Below, one piece after another: positions 42,106-52,158 of a stretch of DNA of 64,000 bases. The position numbers were made by a program, and so were the translations under genes. The notes beneath the pieces are model-generated. The model did no database searches, was not told the origin of the DNA, and saw only the letters and a list, made by a program, of their open reading frames with translations. This DNA comes from Halorussus marinus (GTDB lineage Archaea > Halobacteriota > Halobacteria > Halobacteriales > Haladaptataceae), in contig NZ_SBIV01000003.1 of assembly GCF_004765795.1 (NCBI RefSeq), forward strand, positions 124,001-188,000, in the 5' to 3' direction. Numbering within the stretch: position 1 is the first letter of the stretch; every line of letters begins with the position of its first letter.

Positions 42106-42981
42106 TCACACCTCCGCGGGATGGTCGACCGTGTCGAGGTACGCGTCCTCGAGGGTGGCAGGAACTTGTTCGGCAGTTTCTATCGGGCGTGTTTCCGCGA
42201 TCAGTCGAACTTTGACACCGTCCGAACGCTGGACGGTACTACATACCTGGTATTGCTCCCTGAGTTGAGGGACATCTGACCGAGGAACGAGACACTCGTA
42301 GACCCTCTCAGACACCCGCTGGATGAAATGGTCAACCGTCTCGTGTGTCACTAACTGTCCGTTCTCGAGGACAGCAAGTTTGTTCGCCGTCGCCTCGACG
42401 TCCGGGACGATATGTGTCGAGAGGAGGACTATTCGGTCTGTCGCAGTGTTCGCCAAGGCGCTTCGTAAGCGGACGCGCTCTTCGGGATCTAATCCGACGG
42501 TCGGTTCGTCGACGATGAGCAGGTCCGGGTCATTGAGTAGCGCTTGCGCGATACCGACTCGTTGCCTCATCCCACCCGAGAACGTCTTGATTTTTCGGTC
42601 TCGAACGTCACGGAGATTCGTGAGCGTTATCATTTCCCCGATGCGAGCACTCGCAGTCTCCTTGTCGAGACCGCGCAGGGCGGCGACGTATTCCAAAAAC
42701 TCTTCGAGCGTTAGGTCGGGATAGGCGCCAAATTCCTGTGGAAGGTATCCGAGCACTGACCGAACAACCTCGGGGGACTCGATGATGTCCGTTCCGTTCC
42801 AGTATGCCGTGCCTGTCGTCGGCTTGATTACTGTCGAAAGAATCCCCATCAGGGTTGATTTCCCGGCTCCGTTTGGCCCGAGAAGCCCGTGGATGCCGAC
42901 ATCGAGTTCTAGAGAGATATCCCGAATCCCCCACGTATCTTCCCCGTACTGCTTTCCGAGATCCTCTACGCTCAGTTTCAT
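42106..42981 (-). CDS. ABC transporter ATP-binding protein
   Basis: GPNGAGKST, FSGGMRQR, IVDEPTVGLDP, LSTH. Confidence 0.93.
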   Translation of the reverse strand: MKLSVEDLGKQYGEDTWGIRDISLELDVGIHGLLGPNGAGKSTLMGILSTVIKPTTGTAYWNGTDIIESPEVVRSVLGYLPQEFGAYPDLTLEEFLEYVAALRGLDKETASARIGEMITLTNLRDVRDRKIKTFSGGMRQRVGIAQALLNDPDLLIVDEPTVGLDPEERVRLRSALANTATDRIVLLSTHIVPDVEATANKLAVLENGQLVTHETVDHFIQRVSERVYECLVPRSDVPQLREQYQVCSTVQRSDGVKVRLIAETRPIETAEQVPATLEDAYLDTVDHPAEV

Positions 42982-43188
42982 ACGTTACTCCGTTCAGTCG
43001 GGTCTCTTCTCTCAATCAGTTCGCAGTCCACAGATTTCCCGGAAAGGCGCCGGTATCGAGTCGCGAGTTGGCGTTGGAGGGGTTTCACGAGTTATCAAAA
43101 TAAGAATAGGTCAATAATACTTACGGATGGATCTGCTTGGAAGGATGGCGCAGATCCAAACAAGCCGACGGGAGGCTGACTGAGGGGA

Positions 43189-43671
43189 TCAACCCTCGGA
43201 CATGTCCGTCACTGCCATTCCGATCCCGTATGCCAGTGAGACTAACGCGACACCGAATATGAGAAGCCACAAAATCAGGATGAGATTAAAGGGAACGGCG
43301 CTCACTGCCTCGGGGAGGAACCCGCGCTTTACTGCGATCTTATCTGGAACGATCGGGCGAAAGACCAGCTGTACAACCATCAGAACGAGTCCGGTGGTGG
43401 CACCGAAGACGATCGTCCACCAACTCCCGCCATCGGAGGAGATCTGTCGGAGGATATTGATATAGTCGATCATGAGCGCAACCCCGATGGAGTACAGGAG
43501 ACAGGTGGTGAGAGATACTACAGCATAATCCAGTAACAGAAAATGCGAACTTAGCCCGAGACATATTCCTACAACCCCACCAACGAGTGTTGCTCGCTTC
43601 GTTGGCGGACTTCGAGTTGCCTTCTTCGATGCTGAAGACGGAATGGAGTTGTTTGATCGATCAGGTGTCAT
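43189..43671 (-). CDS. Multi-pass membrane protein
   Basis: About four hydrophobic segments; low GC. Confidence 0.6.
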   Translation of the reverse strand: MTPDRSNNSIPSSASKKATRSPPTKRATLVGGVVGICLGLSSHFLLLDYAVVSLTTCLLYSIGVALMIDYINILRQISSDGGSWWTIVFGATTGLVLMVVQLVFRPIVPDKIAVKRGFLPEAVSAVPFNLILILWLLIFGVALVSLAYGIGMAVTDMSEG

Positions 43672-44344
43672 CTGATACTCACCAGATGTTGACGAGAAAA
43701 TCGGTTCGAGAATACCGTTCGATGGATGCAAATGTAAATCCAATTATGATAAAGGGATCGATCTTCTATAGCGAATTGTTCGTGAGTTTTCGTCGTCTAC
43801 AGATCAGCACGGCGAGCGCCTCGGGTCGTTCGGAAATTGAAGATTACCGTAATGACGAGACGCCTTTGGCGTCTCGACCACTTGACTCCAAGGGTGAAGC
43901 CGACATGAGCGTTTAATTGGTATGATTCGTACAACAGAGTAGAGTCAGAAATCCCAAAGACGGCGCATCAAGCCCTCAATGAACGCACGCCAGTCGGGGA
44001 AACACTAGACGGTGCCGCCAACAGCTTTGTTCGCGAAATAGATTTTCGCCGACGAACCAGTTCATGCCGCCACTCCAATCGGTGCGCCTGACGTGGTGTC
44101 GACGGTGACGACCGCTGGGCGGATTGCTTTGCCGAACCGCAGGATTTCCTGCTCGTCGGCTAGCTTGGATTCGTCGGTGTGCGAGAGAGCGGCGGATTGG
44201 GTGACGTCATCCAGCAATGCTCGCAGTTCGGTGCATCCCGCGAGGCTGGTGGGTGCGCCGACTTGTGCGGACGTATTGGGATTCCGTTTGCCCCGTCAGT
44301 GGAGGGGTTGGTAGATAATGAATTCCGAAGACGCTAAACAGTAG

Positions 44345-45202
44345 CTACCATTCGGCGTAAACGAGATACTCGTTACCGTCGTACTCGACGAGCCACGTCC
44401 CATAGGAATCGTCCACCTCGAATCCCTCGTGCTCCTGGAGTCGGTCAATCACCGAGCGGAAGGCTTCACTATCCTCGAAGTACGTCTCGTCAATCGCCTT
44501 CTCGACGACCGAACGCTCGGCATCCGAAAGGTCCGTGAGCGTGAACAAGTACTGTTCCCGAGTCTGCTCAGCGAACGTTTCGATGTCCGGAGCGACCGCC
44601 GTCACCTCATATCGATACTCCCCTTCGGGCGCCGTTCGGGAGTTGACTGCAACTCGATACCGATTCCCCTCGTAGACAATGATGTCGTACTGGCGCTCCG
44701 GGACAAACACCGATTCGTTTCCCACCTCCTCGGCGGATCCATAGCTGACACCGATATCGTATCCATCTTCGTCGGGTGGGCTTTCGTCCGAAAAGACTGG
44801 CTCGAGGCGTTCACGATCTACCTCCGGCAGCTCGTCGAATTCGATTTCTCCGAGGTCCGATGTCGTATCGTCCGGATCGAAATCGACGAGCACCTCGTAG
44901 ACCGTCACCTCGCTGCTCGCGAGTCGCGTCTCCGAGACCTCGTAGAAGGTCTCGTTCACCCGGACGACACTGGTGCGATCGAACAGTTCGTACCGGCCGC
45001 TCCGTGTGGCCGAACCGTTCTCGCGGGCCGACGTGACGAGTCTGTACTCCTCGGAATCGGGTTCGGGAGCCATCGAAACTTCGTCGGCGATGTCGTCGGT
45101 CGTCGCCTCTTTCATATCGAGAACGACAGACGGGTGGGCGCAGCCGGCGACAGCGACGGAGAGGAGGGTGGTTCCGCTCGCGAGGAACTGGCGGCGTCTC
45201 AT
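44345..45202 (-). CDS. Tat-exported lipoprotein
   Basis: MRRRQFLA...VAVAGC lipobox; acidic body. Confidence 0.85.
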   Translation of the reverse strand: MRRRQFLASGTTLLSVAVAGCAHPSVVLDMKEATTDDIADEVSMAPEPDSEEYRLVTSARENGSATRSGRYELFDRTSVVRVNETFYEVSETRLASSEVTVYEVLVDFDPDDTTSDLGEIEFDELPEVDRERLEPVFSDESPPDEDGYDIGVSYGSAEEVGNESVFVPERQYDIIVYEGNRYRVAVNSRTAPEGEYRYEVTAVAPDIETFAEQTREQYLFTLTDLSDAERSVVEKAIDETYFEDSEAFRSVIDRLQEHEGFEVDDSYGTWLVEYDGNEYLVYAEW

Positions 45203-45375
45203 GCCAACTCAGAGATACAACGCGCGTGAAAGCTTTCTGGTTCACTCGTTGAGTAGAACTGTGATAGTTCTCAGCGATCGTATGGGATGTAGGATCGCTC
45301 GTTCGGATGAGACCTAACGCGGCAGAGAGTACTATCCTCGGAAAAGCACATATGTGTGTGATTTGAACTGAACAT

Positions 45376-45771
45376 ATGCGCTCAAATTGGTCTCGGCGTG
45401 CCCTCCTCGGCGGTTTCAGCTCGATCGGTCTTGTCGGTCTTGCTGGTTGTAACGCCAGTCCCGGGAGTAGTCGGGGTGCAACTGACGTTTTTGTCCACAA
45501 TGAAGGGAATTTAGCACGGACAGTCGAGCTGACTGTTACACAACGCAGTAGTGAGTCATCCAAAATCGACACTCGCTTCGAAGTACGACCGAACGAACAG
45601 GAGAAGATCAACAACAAGGTGATGATGGAGAGTGATTACGAGGTAGAAGTATCGTTCACTGACACAGCGAGAGACTCGTCCTACTCAGAGACCCAAGAGT
45701 GGAACGAGGCCGGTCAGCCTCTTCATATCATACTGAACGACCAGATCGTGTTCGCAGTCCAAATTGGATAG
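45376..45771 (+). CDS. Tat-exported small lipoprotein
   Basis: SRRALL...GLAGC lipobox; beta-rich body. Confidence 0.8.
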   Translation: MRSNWSRRALLGGFSSIGLVGLAGCNASPGSSRGATDVFVHNEGNLARTVELTVTQRSSESSKIDTRFEVRPNEQEKINNKVMMESDYEVEVSFTDTARDSSYSETQEWNEAGQPLHIILNDQIVFAVQIG

Positions 45772-45989
45772 CTCAGCAACGGGCTATTCGTTCGGGGCGG
45801 TAACTCTGTTTGCTGCACACAGCGAGCCATTCTCTTCAGAGAGCAGGCTATTCCGAAGTCCAGTCGTCGAAGTCGGTGCGGAACGTGATGTCGTGATACG
45901 GCCGGGAGCAGTGGTCGGTCAAGTCGACGATCTCTGACTCGAAGGAGTCGCCGCCGAGCGTCCAGCAGGTTGTAGTTCTTACCACACAG

Positions 45990-46178
45990 CTACTCATCGT
46001 CCGTGTCCAGTTTGTTCTTCAAGTCATTCAGTTCTAACTCGATCCGTTCGATAGCTTGCGATTGCTCTTGCAGTGCTTCGAGAAATTCCGTCTGCTGTTC
46101 GAGAACATCCTGCATCTGGTCCTGATCCGATTTCACACTCTTACGAACCCGATGCCGATCAGGATCCGCTTCAGCCAC
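45990..46178 (-). CDS. Small acidic coiled-coil protein (possibly the 3' part of a split gene)
   Basis: Heptad pattern LEQQTEFLEALQEQSQAIERIELELNDLKNKL. Confidence 0.45.
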   Translation of the reverse strand: MAEADPDRHRVRKSVKSDQDQMQDVLEQQTEFLEALQEQSQAIERIELELNDLKNKLDTDDE

Positions 46179-46402
46179 AGAAACTCACGATGCTGAAGTT
46201 CCGATCTCTTATCGAATAGTGCGTCTATATTCGTAACCACGACCTCCCGTTCTACCTCCGATTCAGGCTCGTCTTTATCCAACTCTTCGACCAGTTCGTG
46301 GATGTGACCGTCGAGATCGTTCTTGGGGATGCCGAAGATTGCTTCTTCGAGTTTCGCAAATACCGAATTCTGGTCCTGTGGCGCGAGTTCGTCTCTACTC
46401 AC
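46133..46402 (-). CDS. Small acidic hypothetical protein
   Basis: 89-aa ORF, acidic helical with hydrophobic end. Confidence 0.45.
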   Translation of the reverse strand: MSRDELAPQDQNSVFAKLEEAIFGIPKNDLDGHIHELVEELDKDEPESEVEREVVVTNIDALFDKRSELQHREFLWLKRILIGIGFVRV

Positions 46403-46462
46403 CCTCTACTTTCACTCTCCTTTGCTCGATTTTATTTAGGCCGCGTTTGTGACTGTGAGTAA

Positions 46463-47149
46463 ATGATCACGGACGCCCGAGCACTCCGCCAGAAGCACGT
46501 CCCTCAGGAACTCCATCACCGCGAAGGCGAAATCGAGCATCTGTCGAGTTGCCTCAAGCCCATCCAACAGGGCCTCTCCGGGCAAAGCGCGCTCATCACC
46601 GGCCCCTCGGGAGCGGGCAAGACCACCCTCGCGCAGTACACGGTCGGCCAGCTCGAACGCGCCACCCTCGACGTCCGAAATGGCTACGTCAATTGCATCT
46701 CGGACTCCTCGCTCACCGGCGCGTTCCACGCGCTCCTCTGAGACGCCGGCATCGGATTCGACATCCCACTCGAATCGGCTTCGACCACCCAGTACCTCGA
46801 TCAACTCCGGCAGCTCGACGAGCGGATCGTCGTGATCCTCGACGAGGTCGACGTGCTCGCGGACCCGTCGGTGATCGTCTCGCTCTGGGAGGAGCCCCAC
46901 GTCACCCTACTCATGGTCTGCGTCGACGAAGACGACTTCCTCGCGGATGCGGACGACCGGGTGCAATCGCGAGTCCGAGGCGCCGAGAAGATTCGGCTCG
47001 ACAAGTACCACGGTCACGAACTGGTCGACATCATTCAGGCGCGCGTCGACGCCGGGCTCCGCCACGGCGCGGCCGACCACTCGACGATCGCCCGCATCGC
47101 CGAGCTTGCCGCCGGGGACGCTCGGCTCGCAATCGCGTATCTCCGGCGG
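46463..47149 (+). pseudogene. Orc1/Cdc6-like AAA ATPase, premature stop and 3' truncation
   Basis: PQELHHREGE, GPSGAGKTT, YVNC, in-frame TGA at 46739-46741, ILDEVD, AAGDARLAI; C-terminal wHTH missing. Confidence 0.85.
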
Positions 47150-48162
47150 ATCTCTCGCCTCGCGAGGCGTGGCGCCGCTACATCGACCGCCGAAAGACCG
47201 GCCTCGCAGAGGGCTCGGTGTCGAGCTACCACTACCGGCTGAAGCTGTGGGTCGAGTGGTGCGAGCGACAGGGCATCGAGACCGTCGGAGAGCTGTCCGG
47301 CTGGACGTTCGACCAGTACGAGGCCGAGCGTTCCGGCGACGACCTCGCCCCGTCGACGCTCCACAACAACATGGAGACGCTGCAGGACCACATCGAGTAC
47401 CTGGAGCGCATCGAAGCCGTCGAGGAGGGACTCAGCGAGAAGGTCAACGTTCCGGAGGTGCCCGACGAGGACCGGTCGCGGGAGACGAAGCTCGACCCCG
47501 ACGACGCGGTCGCGCTGGTCCGCCACTACCGGGACAGCGAGAACGACTACGGGACCAACCTCCACGCGTTCCTCGAATTGGCGTGGCACACCGGCGCCCG
47601 GCTTGGCGCGCTCCGTGGGCTCGATATCCGTGACTACGACTCGGGCGAGCAGTACGTGGAGTTCGTCCACCGCCCGCAGACGGACACGCCGCTGAAGAAC
47701 CAGACTCACGGCGAGCGCACCGTCAGCCTCCGCCCGGAGGTGTGCGACGCGGTCGATTCGTACGTCCGCGACGAACGAAAAGACGCCCACGACGAGTACG
47801 GCCGCCAGCCCCTGTTCGGCACGCTTCAGGGCAACCGACCGGGGAAGAACACGCTCCGCGTCTGGTCGTATCAGGCGACGATGCCGTGCGTCGCCGGCGG
47901 CTGTCCGCACGGCTACGACCCCGATTCCTGTGATTTCCGGAGTCACACCCACGCGAGCAAGTGCCCGTCCTCGCGATCTCCCCACCACATCCGGACGGGC
48001 TCGATTGCATGGCACCGCGACCGGGGCTTCCCGCGGGAAGTGACGACAGAGCGAGTCAACGGCTCGCAGGACGTGATTGACAAGTTCTACGACAAGGCGA
48101 CGAAGCTGGAGCGGATGCAGCTGCGGCGTCGTCTCCACCTCGACAAACTGGCGATCGAGTGA
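47143..48162 (+). pseudogene. SNJ2-like tyrosine integrase lacking its own start codon
   Basis: DLSPREAW N-terminus; TGARLG (R), TPLKN (K), PHHIRTG (HxxR), DVIDKFY (Y); ends about 70 bp before attR. Confidence 0.85.
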
Positions 48163-48233
48163 TTACCATGACACGCAACTCTCCCATCGAGACGTTCGTC
48201 GAAAAGGCACGCTCAGTTCCGGCCTGTTGGCAA

Positions 48234-48248
48234 CCGGGCGGTCCCATA
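48234..48248 (+). repeat. att core (integrase-proximal)
   Basis: CCGGGCGGTCCCATA identical to 30879-30893. Confidence 0.88.
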
Positions 48249-48330
48249 CCGTATAACAGCACAGAACTCACTTTTTGTCGGTTCTCCCCGTCTGAGATCG
48301 ATTTCGTTGTTACCGCTCTCGGAGACTTGC

Positions 48331-48367
48331 GGTGCGGTTTCTGATGGCGGTCCAACTCCTCGACTCG
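48331..48367 (+). repeat. Diverged copy of element left-end sequence 30975-31011
   Basis: 35/37 identity, at the same offset (82-83 bp) from the att core. Confidence 0.8.
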
Positions 48368-48441
48368 TCGAGTACGACCACGTCGAGCGAGTCGGGAGTC
48401 CGGGAGGTGAGCCAATCGAAGGGGAAGACCGAGAAGCGACG

Positions 48442-48753
48442 CTACGACTCGTGTTCTCCCTCGGACACCGGTTCCATCCGGAGTTGTTTCACGAGATTCA
48501 GGTGGAGGAGGTGGAGATGCATCCCGATCCCGAACAGCAACAGGCCCATCCCGACGAAGATCAGCGGCAGGAGGATCGCGTCGACGGCGCTGGGTATCGA
48601 ATCCAGATTGTAGGGCAGTCGTCCGACGACCGAGAGCCCGAACGCCGCGAGTATGACGCCGAGTCCGGTTTTGACGACTCGAGAGTAGCGACCTACTCGC
48701 TGGATTCGCGTCTCTATCTCCTCGGTGTCCGGCGCGAGGCGGTCTCGTGTCAT
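48442..48753 (-). CDS. Small two-TM membrane protein
   Basis: Two hydrophobic segments in a 103-aa ORF. Confidence 0.6.
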   Translation of the reverse strand: MTRDRLAPDTEEIETRIQRVGRYSRVVKTGLGVILAAFGLSVVGRLPYNLDSIPSAVDAILLPLIFVGMGLLLFGIGMHLHLLHLNLVKQLRMEPVSEGEHES

Positions 48754-49050
48754 CGAGTGACAGGATACGACCTCCCAACATATGTGTCACGGCAGTAAAA
48801 CTCCTCCCGGGGCGCCTTCTCGGCGGTGACGTGACAGCCACGAGTAGCCGGAGTACATGGGTCAAACACGACTGACAGCGGCGAACCGACCCGAGTCGGG
48901 GCGGGACACGCCTCGGGAGGATGGTCGCCGTCCCCGAGGCGGTAGTCTCTTCGCCGGTCGTCTCGGTCGACGATCTACACACCGGAGCCCGCCGATTTCA
49001 CCGATTAGCCAACGAAACGATTTATACCGCTCCTCTTTCTGGTGACACGT

Positions 49051-52000
49051 ATGGGCATCGTATCGTCCCGGAAAATCGCCGTCTTCTGTCTCGTCGCCGT
49101 CGTTCTCGCGCCGACCGTGATCGCGACGAGCAGTACGGCTACTATAACGTATATCGAGGACGATATAACCGGCGAGACGACGTGGTCCGCCGAGGAGGGA
49201 CCGTATCGGATCGCCGAGGACATCACGATCGAACGGGGGGCGACGCTCGAAATCGAACCGGGAACGACCGTCCAACCCGCCGAAGATATCACGATCACCG
49301 TCCGTGGGAATCTCACGGCGAACGGAACGGCGGCGGCTCCGGTCGGATTCGAGACGGCTCCGCAGGCGCCCGCGGACATTCACTGGGGGACGATTCGGTA
49401 CAACGGCTCGTCGAACTCGCGGCTCTCGCTGTCTCACACGACGCTCGAAACCGCCCGGAGCGCCGTTACGGTGACGAGTAGCGAAGGCACGGTCGACCTT
49501 TCGTCAGTCGCGGTCCGGTCGACCGCGCGGAGCGGAATCGAGGTCACGGACGTCTCGGTCCCGCCGCGGCTCTCAATCGCGGACTCCTCGTTCGCCAATA
49601 TCAGCGGCCGCGGGGTCGCGATCGCGCCCGCTTCGGGCGCCGTAGCGGGCTCGGAGATCCGGCCGAACTTCACCGAACTCGACGCGCGAGCGACCCACCG
49701 TATCGCGCTGTCGACCCGAACCGACGTCACCGGTGACACGCTGGCGGTCGACTATCGGGGCCACGGTGACGTCGACCGAGTCACCGCGTCGTCGATCGAG
49801 CGGTTCGGCATCGACACGAACGGGGACGGAGAGATCGACCGGTCGCTCGCGTCGCACGTCGAGGCCGTCGGCCACCGATCCAACGCCTTCGCGATCGAAC
49901 TGAACCGCTCGGTCCGGCTTCGAGCCGACGAGTCGCTTCTCGTGCGATACGATAACGTGACCAATCCCAAAACGTACGGAACCTACCCGGTTTCGATACG
50001 GATCCGCGACCGCGGGGTCGAACAGCTCGCGGACACGACGCTCCCGCTCAATATTCGAACGACCGAGCGGGCCCGAGCTCTGGGAGAATCCGACGGGAGT
50101 CGCGCCTCGCGGTTCCGGATCGTCGACTCGACGTTCGAGGCGATCGACGATCAGGCGGTGTTCGTCGCCGCAGAGACGGCCCGGAACTTCGAGGTTCGGG
50201 GCAATCTAATCCGGGGTATCGGCGGGAGCGGACTCGCGGTTCGGAGCGAGCGCACCGCGGACTTTCAGGTGTCCCGGAACCGGATTTCCGAGACCGAGAC
50301 CGGCATTCGGATCTACACGCGCAACGACGCGCTCGGTCGCTTCGAGATCACGTCGAACACGATCACGCAGAGCACGACCGGCCTCTCGGTCCGACACACT
50401 CATATGGGCCGATCGACCGTCGACAGGCTCTCGATGCGGGTCGCGGACAACCGGATCGCACAGAACAGCCGCCACGGGATCTCGGTCGTCGCGCACCGGG
50501 CACGACTCACCGGCCTCGACGTCCAGCACAACGAGATCACAGACAACGGTCGCGCCGGCCTCTATCTCGGCGGCGGCCACGTCGTCCACTCGACGCTCGC
50601 GAACAACACTATCGCGGAAAATTCGAACGTCGGCGTCGCGATCGAGAGCGAGCAGGCCCGCCATCTCCGAGTCGCGGACAACGAGATCGGGCGAAACGGC
50701 GATCACGGATTGTCGCTTCGGACCGAGCTCCTCGTTGACAACGTCTCGGTCGATTCGAACACCGTCTTCGACAACGCGGCGATCGGGCTCGATCTCGACA
50801 ATCAGCTGACCCACGCAGGGACGCTCAACGTAACGCGAAACACCGTGACGGCGAACGCGTACGGCGTCCGCATCGCGGGATCGGTCGATGCCAGCGTCCG
50901 GAACAACTCGATCGTCCACAACACGTACGGGTTCGACACGCCCGCTCGACTCGCCGGCTACGCGCCCGGAACCGGGATGATCGTCGAAGAAGGCGCAGCC
51001 GGGGCCATCTTCCGGGCCGGAGACGTCTCCGAACAGCTCACCGAACTCTTGGACGATCCGGACGTCCGTGCCAAGTTTGGCCCCGGCTCCAGCGACGACT
51101 CGATGGTCGTGCTTCGACCGGACGGTCCGAACACGCTGTGGAAACCCGATCGGTCGGCTCTCACCGTCCGAACCCTCACGAGGGAGCTCCCGACCGGGAT
51201 CGTCCTCTCGAAGGACGACGACCGGCGGGCACGAGTCCGCGTGCGCGACAACGACGTGTACGGCCACCGACGCGGCATGGTCGTGAACGTGAGCACGCTC
51301 GTCGACGCGAACACGACGACGCGACTGCTGCTCAACGCGACACAGACCGTCGTCGCCGAACGCAACTACTGGGGCGCACCGGACGGCCCGACTCACTCCT
51401 CGATCCACCCCGAGGGCACCGGCGACCGGATCGTGACTCGCAACGGCTGGGTCGATTTCCTCCCGAGCACCGCCTCGCACGTCCACGCCCCGAAGCATCG
51501 TCCGCAGGCCAACCTCACCGTCTCGACGACGACCCCGAGGGTCGGCGAGGAACTCAGAATCTCGGCCGCCGGCTCGTCCGATCCCGACGGCGCGGTCGAG
51601 ACCTATCGGTTCAGGACCGACGGATCCGAGCGGACCGCGACCGACCCGGTGTTCGCGGTCACGTTCGAGCGCCCGGGCGAACGCACGGTGGCGATCTCGG
51701 TCGAAGACGAACTGGGCGTCGAAAGCGCCGATCCAGCGACGGTGACGCTCACGGTTCGGGACCGACAGAACGCGACCGACGAGCCGAACACCACGACACC
51801 GACCACGACCGGATCGGCCGAGCGGGCAACCACGACCGTCGCCGAGACTACGACACAGAGCGCGGACGTGTCGCTCTCGGGAGCGCCGTTTTTCAGCTCG
51901 ATCGGGGGATTTCTCGGGTTCGTCTTCTACGGAATCGGGCTAGTTCTGGGCTCGTACGGGGCCCTCCAGACCGTTCGCTCGACGCCCGTGACCGTGAGCG

Positions 52001-52158
52001 GGCTCACGATCAACGGGTTCGCGGCCGGCGGCGTTCTGATCTGGATCGGGTTCGGGCTCTTGGGCACCGACGGCTTGCTCAGGATCGGTGTCGGCGCCGG
52101 CGTACTGTGGCTCGCGCTCGTTCTCGCCCTCTGGGCGCTGTCCGTCGTCCTCGACTGA
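49051..52158 (+). CDS. Surface protein with right-handed parallel beta-helix repeats and PKD domain
   Basis: Signal peptide; repeated xxNxIxxNxxxGI units; NYWGAPDGP; SSDPDG PKD motif; Thr-rich linker; C-terminal TMs. Confidence 0.85.
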   Translation: MGIVSSRKIAVFCLVAVVLAPTVIATSSTATITYIEDDITGETTWSAEEGPYRIAEDITIERGATLEIEPGTTVQPAEDITITVRGNLTANGTAAAPVGFETAPQAPADIHWGTIRYNGSSNSRLSLSHTTLETARSAVTVTSSEGTVDLSSVAVRSTARSGIEVTDVSVPPRLSIADSSFANISGRGVAIAPASGAVAGSEIRPNFTELDARATHRIALSTRTDVTGDTLAVDYRGHGDVDRVTASSIERFGIDTNGDGEIDRSLASHVEAVGHRSNAFAIELNRSVRLRADESLLVRYDNVTNPKTYGTYPVSIRIRDRGVEQLADTTLPLNIRTTERARALGESDGSRASRFRIVDSTFEAIDDQAVFVAAETARNFEVRGNLIRGIGGSGLAVRSERTADFQVSRNRISETETGIRIYTRNDALGRFEITSNTITQSTTGLSVRHTHMGRSTVDRLSMRVADNRIAQNSRHGISVVAHRARLTGLDVQHNEITDNGRAGLYLGGGHVVHSTLANNTIAENSNVGVAIESEQARHLRVADNEIGRNGDHGLSLRTELLVDNVSVDSNTVFDNAAIGLDLDNQLTHAGTLNVTRNTVTANAYGVRIAGSVDASVRNNSIVHNTYGFDTPARLAGYAPGTGMIVEEGAAGAIFRAGDVSEQLTELLDDPDVRAKFGPGSSDDSMVVLRPDGPNTLWKPDRSALTVRTLTRELPTGIVLSKDDDRRARVRVRDNDVYGHRRGMVVNVSTLVDANTTTRLLLNATQTVVAERNYWGAPDGPTHSSIHPEGTGDRIVTRNGWVDFLPSTASHVHAPKHRPQANLTVSTTTPRVGEELRISAAGSSDPDGAVETYRFRTDGSERTATDPVFAVTFERPGERTVAISVEDELGVESADPATVTLTVRDRQNATDEPNTTTPTTTGSAERATTTVAETTTQSADVSLSGAPFFSSIGGFLGFVFYGIGLVLGSYGALQTVRSTPVTVSGLTINGFAAGGVLIWIGFGLLGTDGLLRIGVGAGVLWLALVLALWALSVVLD

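Larger units (their letters stand above)
30879..48248. mobile_element. tRNA-Pro-integrated element (defective pleolipovirus/SNJ2-like provirus or integrative plasmid) carrying cargo
   Basis: 15-bp direct repeat CCGGGCGGTCCCATA at both ends, tyrosine integrase next to the distal repeat, Rep-like gene, visibly lower-GC interior. Confidence 0.88.

Noticed and set aside
44040..44280. Minus-strand fragment with LAGC lipobox and IRPAVVTV, resembling a decayed secreted protease gene
   Set aside because: No start codon, interrupted, too short to support a call
45850..45975. Short acidic minus-strand reading-frame fragment
   Set aside because: No start codon or recognisable motif; likely a gene remnant
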